DNA of 64,000 nucleotides, taken from Squalus acanthias. Lineage: Eukaryota. The stretch is from contig CM059438.1 in NCBI GenBank assembly GCA_030390025.1, forward strand, positions 65,412,001-65,476,000, given 5' to 3'. Below, in pieces: positions 49,311-56,871 of the stretch. The position numbers and the translations under genes are program-made. Below the pieces are notes generated by a model. It did not search any database. It was given only the letters and a program-made list of their open reading frames with translations, and had not been told where the DNA came from. The number at the start of each line of letters is the position of its first letter. Position 1 is the first letter of the stretch.

Positions 49311-51662
49311 TTACACTGCGCTCTCATCGTGCACGCGCACGTAACGTTCTCGCCACTCTCCCGTGTTCTCATGCTTGGTGAGGCGCTTGTCTCTTTTACA
49401 ATGTATAAACAAAAGGTATACTACAATAAACACTTGACAGACGACTAAAATGTGGGAGGCTATTCTGACCCATGAGGGCACTTCAATATTCGTGAACAGA
49501 TTCCACCACGGTGGAACCACTATGTCCAAAATGTCTGTACCTATCTCGACGGTTTTCTGTTCTAAAGTATAGAAATGCTTTTGTGACACCGCGACGGCTT
49601 TCAGAAGTTTGGTTAAATGCTCGGGGAGAGGGGGAATGAGGTACCCAAAATGTGCGACAAATCGCTGCAAGTCGGTAAAATTCTCTTTTACTGTGAGATG
49701 AACAGTGGATGGTTCAGGGATTGGGATAATTCGCTGTTGTGCTACTTGAACTTCAGCCCTGGGTTTAAAACAGAAACTGCTGTCACTCACCGGACACCGG
49801 CTACGGTTTCCATGCTGGTAGTGTTGCGCTGCAGTGGTAACACAATATGTTCCACCCCCGATGTATGCTACCTGCGGAGGCACATGATCTTGTGCCATTG
49901 CCTCCATGGTGCAATTCATGGACTTGGCGCCAGCCGTTCTGAACCCGCACTGTGGTGTTAAAAAGGCATTCAAGTGCTGGGGGCACAGTATTATGTGTGC
50001 TCCCCTGCCACGACAACCAGAGAGATCTGTACCTGTCATCGTTTGCTCCCAGCGGATGACGTAAGGTGGAACCGCTGCATAACGAATGTGGGCTCCCCCC
50101 TGAATGACACCAATGTTCTCTACCCGATACACCGGGGCGGGCTTTGCTGTGTTGCCCAAAACCGGCATGCGTAATACTATTCCCATAATAGTATGGTTTG
50201 AACGTCCGCAGTCCACGGGGACTGGGTAAGCTTCTGAAGCTAGCCTGAGCTGGCACGGACTTAATGCATTCTGAAAAGGGTGGAGCGCCCGCAGGTGTTT
50301 GTTACTTATCCAGGACGGGACCAAACCTTGTTTTAAATCCTCCAAATTACTGCGGCCCTCGCCCAGTAACCACGCCCCGTAAAGCACGCACACCTCGTTC
50401 TGCGCAGCTTGATCGGATGCATTCCGATCTTCCCTAATCAGGGCATTTACCGTACGCGCATGTTTCTCCAGCTCTGCTATAATCTCTTTTAAGTGTAGTG
50501 TCATGGCTTGGTCCTCGTGCAGACCCGACCCTACCACTTTATTCTCATCTGTGAGAATATCCTTTAACTGTGTTTTTAAACCATTAATCTGGGTCTGCAG
50601 CTCCACACTGTCTAGAGCGTTGACCACAGATGTCCCTGTGTTAAAAGCAGTGAACGCATCGTTCACCAAACCCCTTCTTTGCCTCCCTACTTGATCCAAA
50701 ACTTCCTGCGGTGCGGTGTATAAACTTGTCTTATCAATTTCTGCAAAGTCAAATTCGTAAAACTGCCTGAACATCTTGGTCAACAGGACCTGGTACAACT
50801 GTTCCGTCTTTTTGGGGCACCACTCTGGTAACCGTACCTCAGTGAGATTTAAAATCACCGAGGCCACCGCGTAATGCACTCCCTGAAATAGTATCTGGTC
50901 TGTGGGGACCAGTACCAAACCGTTCCCGGGTCCCTTACTAGTTTTAGGGCACCCTTCTTCCTCAGTTAGAACTACCGGAATCGTGGGCGGGGCTTTGCGT
51001 GGGCGCGTAATGAGCTCAGTGGCATTTACTGGGATCGGGGAGAATGGGGCTCCGCACCCCCTGGTGCTCGCATCCCACCTCATCCCCTGTCCGTTATCCT
51101 GCCACTGGTTAATAAAGAATATGGAGATGCCTTTGGGGCAAACGTACTTTGACCCCCACATACAAACATAAATCCCCTCATCTGGTTCCCACCATTTGTC
51201 CCAACAGACTTTCACTTGTCCATCTGTCCCCGTAATTGTCCGATGGGTATTATTACCCAGTCGCTCCCACTCAACCGAAGAGTTCCTCATAGTTTTGCTC
51301 AGCTTTCGCAGCCACCACCATCGGCTCAATGGGACATTCCCACTGCAAGTCAAACAAATCCGTTTGCCGACGGTGACGCTGATCCTGGGTGCGATGATCC
51401 GTACTTTGGGGCACATTAAAGAAGTCTCTTTGTAGGCGAACCCCGATGTGCTGGAATACTCCGTTGAGTTCGTTCCCAGCCATCCTGGCCACCTTCCCTT
51501 GTGGAAATAGGTGCTGGTCCCTTCTGCCTTCCGTCTCCCGGTCCCATCCACCGCGATGGGGGCCGTGTCCCCGGAACATCCAAACACCACGACATCCTTG
51601 GTGAGGCCCCGATAGGCCAATCCACATCCGATTGCCACGAGCAATACTATGAGTCGTTCCAT
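49311..51662 (-). CDS. env: Envelope glycoprotein: signal peptide, Ig-like domain, F-type class I fusion protein (ORF open up to 51821; probable start 51662)
   Basis: MERLIVLLVAIGCGLA signal; RQRR furin site at 50673-50684 followed by GLVN and a heptad repeat; Cys-rich block; TM ILVVCQVFIVVYLLFI; YVRV in the tail; several NxS/T sites. Confidence 0.9.
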   Translation of the reverse strand: MERLIVLLVAIGCGLAYRGLTKDVVVFGCSGDTAPIAVDGTGRRKAEGTSTYFHKGRWPGWLGTNSTEYSSTSGFAYKETSLMCPKVRIIAPRISVTVGKRICLTCSGNVPLSRWWWLRKLSKTMRNSSVEWERLGNNTHRTITGTDGQVKVCWDKWWEPDEGIYVCMWGSKYVCPKGISIFFINQWQDNGQGMRWDASTRGCGAPFSPIPVNATELITRPRKAPPTIPVVLTEEEGCPKTSKGPGNGLVLVPTDQILFQGVHYAVASVILNLTEVRLPEWCPKKTEQLYQVLLTKMFRQFYEFDFAEIDKTSLYTAPQEVLDQVGRQRRGLVNDAFTAFNTGTSVVNALDSVELQTQINGLKTQLKDILTDENKVVGSGLHEDQAMTLHLKEIIAELEKHARTVNALIREDRNASDQAAQNEVCVLYGAWLLGEGRSNLEDLKQGLVPSWISNKHLRALHPFQNALSPCQLRLASEAYPVPVDCGRSNHTIMGIVLRMPVLGNTAKPAPVYRVENIGVIQGGAHIRYAAVPPYVIRWEQTMTGTDLSGCRGRGAHIILCPQHLNAFLTPQCGFRTAGAKSMNCTMEAMAQDHVPPQVAYIGGGTYCVTTAAQHYQHGNRSRCPVSDSSFCFKPRAEVQVAQQRIIPIPEPSTVHLTVKENFTDLQRFVAHFGYLIPPLPEHLTKLLKAVAVSQKHFYTLEQKTVEIGTDILDIVVPPWWNLFTNIEVPSWVRIASHILVVCQVFIVVYLLFIHCKRDKRLTKHENTGEWRERYVRVHDESAV

Positions 51663-51963
51663 CCTTCCTTGGTTCCTGTGATCAGATAAAATGCTGTAGC
51701 CAGCCTCCCAAGAGTCTCTGGCTTTTGTGAAGGGTGAGCGGGTCCCCTGACCTCGCCTCACGTAAAAAGACATGTACGCTGGATAGACTTCCTCTAAACC
51801 TAGCCTTAAAACTCCCATCATTTGTCGTTATCTGTTAAAACCACTACAAACTTAAACTTATTAAGACTACTTAAAACTTTAAACTAAAACTTAAAACCTT
51901 AAACTAAACTTAAAACCTTAAACTAATAACTATACAATGCCGCCCGTTCTCAGGGCGGCCCCT

Positions 51964-54900
51964 TTAAATCCTGAGAAGGCTGCTGCGAGCTCTTCCCGAC
52001 GGTGGGAGGGCACTGACCCTTCCCTCTGATCTGCCGCAGCCTGTTGCTGCGCTGACCCTTCCTTCTGATCTGCCGCAGCCTGTTGCTGCGCTGACCCTTT
52101 CCTCTGATCTGCCGCAGCCTGTTACTGCTTCGATGTGGCCTGTCTCTACCCGGGTTATCTTAATCTGAAACTTACGCCCTGGGGCATCCTGTGGGCCTGA
52201 CCACGTCTTCCTGGGCTGGGGTGCTCTGCTTGACCTACGGGGAACTGCTATGGGCGGGGGCTCCGTGACGGACGGACCGGGTCCCGAGACCTTCAACGGG
52301 ATGACCTGGGGTTCCATCACAGGCGCCAGCCCCGCCTCCGCTGACTCCGCCTCCCTAACCTCGGGGCTGGCAGTTCGGGGCCCCGCCCTGCTCGGCCCAG
52401 CAGGCGGCCCTTCACTCGCGAACTCTGCCTCCCCTGAGGACTGGACGTTTAAAGCGGGCGGCCACACCTCTGATCTGCCGCAGCCTGTTACTGCTTCGAT
52501 GTGGCCTGTCTCTACCCGGGTTATCTTAATCTGAAACTTACGCCCTGGGGCATCCTGTGGGCCTGACCACGTCTTCCTGGGCTGGGGTGCTCTGCTTGAC
52601 CTACGGGGAACTGCTATGGGCGGGGGCTCCGTGACGGACGGACCGGGTCCCGAGACCTTCAACGGGATGACCTGGGGTTCCATCACAGGCGCCAGCCCCG
52701 CCTCCGCTGACTCCGCCTCCCTAACCTCGGGGCTGGCAGTTCGGGGCCCCGCCCTGCTCGGCCCAGCAGGCGGCCCTTCACTCGCGAACTCTGCCTCCCC
52801 TGAGGACTGGACGTTTAAAGCGGGCGGCCACACCTCTGGGAACCACATAGCGGCTGGCCCGGCCTCCTCTAGCTCCTTCCTCCTCCTGTCGGGACCTGCA
52901 GCTTGTGTGTCCACCCCGTATGGCTCTCTACCTATCGGCCCCAATCCTTCCAGACCGTTCCTGTGAAACCACCCGTCATCATCACTATGCTCATCTGCAC
53001 TATCCTCATCTGACCAGGGTACCCTGGGGTCCTCGTCATCTAACCCCCAACTCCAGAAAAACGCTGCATGATCGTCCGGGATGTCCCTTCCCCTGATGCA
53101 AGCTGCTACGCCTGCCTGTGTGCCTTGTGGTCCTACCTGGGGCTGTGTTTTCCCGTTGGCGGGATTTACCCCTGTAGTTTTCCCTTGCGCACCCGGCTGG
53201 TACAGTTTACATTGGTTTATGTGGAACCACTTAGTGCGCCGAGGTACTTTTACGGCGTAAACCATGGGACTTGCCTTGTCTACAATGTTGTAGGGTCCCA
53301 TATACAGTGGTTCCAGACTCCCTACTCTGGCGTAGTTTCTGACCATGACCTGGTCTCCTACTTCCCACTCCCGCGTTTTGCGGGGTTCCAGCAACAAGCG
53401 ATTGCCCTGGTGCTGCCTTCCCATGTTCCCAGCCGCCTGCTCATAAACTTGCTTCAGGCGCTCCAAGAGAGTTTGGGCGAACTTGTCCCTGCTGATCTCT
53501 TGAAGCTGACCCTCAGTGAGCACCGGGGCTAGCACATGGGTGGGGGTTCGCATGAGCCTGCCGGTCATTACCTCGTGCGGGGAGTACCCCGTACTTTTTG
53601 ACTGACTGGCCCGGACCCCCATGAGGACTAAAGGCAGAACTTCCGCCCATTTTTGGGGCGAGTTCCTAGTCTCTTTCCTCAATTTCTCCTTCAGGGTCCG
53701 GTTCATACGTTCAACAATCCCGGATGACTGGGGATTGTGTGCTACGTGCCACTTCCCTTCAATGCCCAAAAGCATGAGGGTGTTCTGCATCACCTGGCCG
53801 GTGAAATGACTCCCTTGGTCTGACTCCACGAAACGGGGGAGTCCCCACCGCGAGAACACTTCCCGGACCAAGATTTTTGCTGTACCCAGTGCCGTAGCTG
53901 TTCGACAAGGGAAGGCTTCCACCCACTTGGAAAACACATCCACCAGGACGAGGCAGTACTTATAACCTCCCTGGGTGGTGGGCAGGGGTCCTATATAGTC
54001 GATCTGTATCGACTGCCATGGTCCCTCTACCCTTCTTACGTGTCCCATGGGCACCTTCCTTTTCTGGGGGTCTGGGTTATTTGCAGCGCACACAAGACAG
54101 CTTGCACAGAACTCGCGGACTTGTTCCCTGAGCCCTGGCCACCATCCCGCTTGCTCTACCCGTTGCCAGGTAACCTCGGGCCCGGGGTGCCCTGCCCCTG
54201 GTCCCTCGTGAGCCAACTGGAGGAATTCCCTCCTGTGCTGCTGCGGCACAACCCACTGCTCCTCGCGGAACAGCATGCCTTCCTTAACTGAGAGGGTTGC
54301 CGTACTGTACGGACCTTCTACCTGCCTCCCCTCAGCAATCGTTTTTAGGACTGCTTTTAGGGCGGGATCCTGGGCTTGGACGGTCTTAAGGTCTAGGGGC
54401 AATGCTACCCTGGTGTTCCCGGTATTCCCGTCCCCACCTCGGACCGCTGCTATGGGTCCGGTTCTATAGGGGTTCCAGAAAGTACCGTCGCGGGCACCCT
54501 CCCTGGCTAGCGCATCCGCCTGCCGGTTGCCCTCCCCACGGGGCTCTGTGGAGGAGTGAGCTTTCACCTTATGGATGAAAATCTCCCCTTCCTCCCCTAC
54601 TGCTGCTGCTAAGATCTTTTCCAGCAAGGGCTTTACCGTTAAAGGTCGCCCGTCCGCGGAGGTGTATCCACGGCGGGACCAAATGGCCAGGTATTCCGTA
54701 CACGAATTGCAGGTGAACATACTGTCCGAGCAAATCGTGTATGGGGTTGGGAAAATGTCTGGGTGGGTTACCACGTACACCACGGCAGACAGCTCAGCCT
54801 GCTGCGCGCTCATGGTGCTAGGGAGCTTGATCGCCAGGGCAAGGTCTGCCGCAGGGTCATAAACTCCACACCCTGTGAGTCGCTCGCCAGCAGATACTGT

Positions 54901-56871
54901 GCTAGACCCATCAACATAAATCTCGCGCCCAGTGGGATGTATCCCGGCCCGTAAACCTATGTCGACTTCCCACACCCCCTCCACCGAACACCGGTGGGCT
55001 GTACCGGGGTATACCAAATTGGCCGCAAGCCTGGGCTCGCAAAGACCTTTTACTCTGATGTCCAACTGGGAGAGAAGAAGGGTCCAACGCGCAATGCGTG
55101 CGCTGCTTACGGTCCCGTCTTTAATCCTCCCATCCAGAAGCATCTTAGTTGGTGTGTGATGTGTGAGGAGAGTGATGGGAGAGAGCCCTGTGAAGATCGC
55201 TGATCTTTTCACAGCCCAATGCGTGGCTAAAAGGTGCCTTTCGCAATTGGAAAAACTTCTCTCCACATCCGTTAATACCCTGGATGAATAGACAACCGGC
55301 CTCAGCTTGCCGTGACGCTCTTGGAGCAGCACGGCGCTTAAGCTGTCTCCGCTGGCAGCTACCTCCAGGAAAAACTCCTTCCCCCCATCTATGGCCCCTA
55401 AGGCTGGCGCGGTCTGCAGATCCCTTTTTAACTTCTCGAAGGCTGCTTGGCAGCCCTCGTCCCAAAGCCACTCTACCCCCTTATGGAGGAGTCGGAGGAG
55501 CGGCGCCGCTGTGGCCGCATAATCCTCGATAAAATCCCTGCAGTAACCGGTCAGTCCCAAGAAGGACCTCACACCCCTTACGTTGTTGGGAATCGGTAAT
55601 TCTTGCACCGACTCCCTCCTTGCTTTGTCTATGGCTCTTTCCCCCGCGCGTAGGGTCAGCCCCAGGAATTTTACTTCCTGCTGACCGATACGTGCTTTCT
55701 TTGGGTTTACTTTAAAACCCTTTCTCGCTAACAGCTCCAATAACTCGTCCAGCAGTGGTCCGTGCTCCTCCCTTGAGTCCGTAAATAGGAGCAAATCATC
55801 CACATACTGTACTATCTGATTGGGCTGACTAAACTCCTTTAAACTCCCTGCCATACACTGGTGAAAAATACTGGGGCTATTGTGGAAACCTTGTGGCAAA
55901 CAGTTCCACGTGTACTGTTGCCCTTTAAACGTAAAGGCAAACTTGTACTGGTCCTCTCGCCGCAGCGGGATGGACCAAAAACCGTTCGAGATATCCAGCA
56001 CCGTGAACGTGGTCGCGGACGCTGGGATGCTCCCTATTAGGTCAGCAACTGCTGCTACTGTGGGCGCGCAGGCGGGGATGTTACTGTTAAGGACTCTGTA
56101 GTCCACCGTGGCTCTCCACGAATTATCCGGCTTCCTAACCGGCCATAATGGGGAGTTCACGTGTGTGGCTATCGGCCTCAACACGCCCTGCTGCACCAAG
56201 GAAGACATTGCTGCCTCCATATCGGGTTCTGCTTCTTTGGGGAAGTTATACTGCTTTTGGGGTCGGGTCATGGGGTCCCCATCTACGCTGACCTCAAACC
56301 CGACCACCCTCCCACAATCGTGCTTGTGGGTTGCAAACGCGTGCATATTATCTGTCACGTACGTCTGCATGTCCGTTGGGACATCTGCGACCATAAGCCT
56401 GAGGTCGTAGCCTCCGGATGGCTGTACGGTACACAGGACCCCTGTTTCTTCCTCCCCTTGAATTACCATTACTTCGCCTTTTTCCCCTTTAGCCCCCCAG
56501 AGACAGTGATTTCTGAGGTCCACGAGGATCCCGTGTCCCGCTAGCAGATCGGACCCGAGAATACCTCTTCCACCCCCCTTTTGCCATGCCATCAGTATAC
56601 ACTTCCACTTAAGGCGAAGTGTCCCTAAACGAATGGATAGCGGGAGGGAAAACGTGCCAGCCTGTTCTTTCCCTGTGAACCCTGCTAGCGTGAATGGGAC
56701 CTTGGTAGATAGCGGCGAGTCAAAAGGGTCATCTGTATGGATTATGGTGCAAGAAGCTCCCGTGTCCAACAGATAACTGCCCCTTTGTTTCTCTACCTCC
56801 ATCTCCACCACAGGTCGCCTCCACGCATCATAGCTGAGCGGACACAGGTAGACGGGCTGTGCTGGTTCTAG
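51964..56871 (-). CDS. pol: Pol: protease, RT, tether (dead RNase H), RNase H, integrase, long C-terminal tail; in frame with gag
   Basis: LLDTGA...ILGSD; LPQG, YVDD; IYVDGS/AELSA/SDS/ADALA; HHCC, D,D(35)E, GPY. Confidence 0.95.
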   Translation of the reverse strand, partial: LEPAQPVYLCPLSYDAWRRPVVEMEVEKQRGSYLLDTGASCTIIHTDDPFDSPLSTKVPFTLAGFTGKEQAGTFSLPLSIRLGTLRLKWKCILMAWQKGGGRGILGSDLLAGHGILVDLRNHCLWGAKGEKGEVMVIQGEEETGVLCTVQPSGGYDLRLMVADVPTDMQTYVTDNMHAFATHKHDCGRVVGFEVSVDGDPMTRPQKQYNFPKEAEPDMEAAMSSLVQQGVLRPIATHVNSPLWPVRKPDNSWRATVDYRVLNSNIPACAPTVAAVADLIGSIPASATTFTVLDISNGFWSIPLRREDQYKFAFTFKGQQYTWNCLPQGFHNSPSIFHQCMAGSLKEFSQPNQIVQYVDDLLLFTDSREEHGPLLDELLELLARKGFKVNPKKARIGQQEVKFLGLTLRAGERAIDKARRESVQELPIPNNVRGVRSFLGLTGYCRDFIEDYAATAAPLLRLLHKGVEWLWDEGCQAAFEKLKRDLQTAPALGAIDGGKEFFLEVAASGDSLSAVLLQERHGKLRPVVYSSRVLTDVERSFSNCERHLLATHWAVKRSAIFTGLSPITLLTHHTPTKMLLDGRIKDGTVSSARIARWTLLLSQLDIRVKGLCEPRLAANLVYPGTAHRCSVEGVWEVDIGLRAGIHPTGREIYVDGSSTVSAGERLTGCGVYDPAADLALAIKLPSTMSAQQAELSAVVYVVTHPDIFPTPYTICSDSMFTCNSCTEYLAIWSRRGYTSADGRPLTVKPLLEKILAAAVGEEGEIFIHKVKAHSSTEPRGEGNRQADALAREGARDGTFWNPYRTGPIAAVRGGDGNTGNTRVALPLDLKTVQAQDPALKAVLKTIAEGRQVEGPYSTATLSVKEGMLFREEQWVVPQQHRREFLQLAHEGPGAGHPGPEVTWQRVEQAGWWPGLREQVREFCASCLVCAANNPDPQKRKVPMGHVRRVEGPWQSIQIDYIGPLPTTQGGYKYCLVLVDVFSKWVEAFPCRTATALGTAKILVREVFSRWGLPRFVESDQGSHFTGQVMQNTLMLLGIEGKWHVAHNPQSSGIVERMNRTLKEKLRKETRNSPQKWAEVLPLVLMGVRASQSKSTGYSPHEVMTGRLMRTPTHVLAPVLTEGQLQEISRDKFAQTLLERLKQVYEQAAGNMGRQHQGNRLLLEPRKTREWEVGDQVMVRNYARVGSLEPLYMGPYNIVDKASPMVYAVKVPRRTKWFHINQCKLYQPGAQGKTTGVNPANGKTQPQVGPQGTQAGVAACIRGRDIPDDHAAFFWSWGLDDEDPRVPWSDEDSADEHSDDDGWFHRNGLEGLGPIGREPYGVDTQAAGPDRRRKELEEAGPAAMWFPEVWPPALNVQSSGEAEFASEGPPAGPSRAGPRTASPEVREAESAEAGLAPVMEPQVIPLKVSGPGPSVTEPPPIAVPRRSSRAPQPRKTWSGPQDAPGRKFQIKITRVETGHIEAVTGCGRSEVWPPALNVQSSGEAEFASEGPPAGPSRAGPRTASPEVREAESAEAGLAPVMEPQVIPLKVSGPGPSVTEPPPIAVPRRSSRAPQPRKTWSGPQDAPGRKFQIKITRVETGHIEAVTGCGRSEERVSAATGCGRSEGRVSAATGCGRSEGRVSALPPSGRARSSLLRI

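Noticed and set aside
51663..51821. Env start at 51821 (836 aa)
   Set aside because: The equivalent ATGATG in copy A hits TAG after four codons, and the signal peptide begins at 51662. An intermediate Met start is not excluded.
52250..56544. Antisense ORFs over pol shared by both copies
   Set aside because: Expected shadows of a conserved GC-rich coding strand; no motifs
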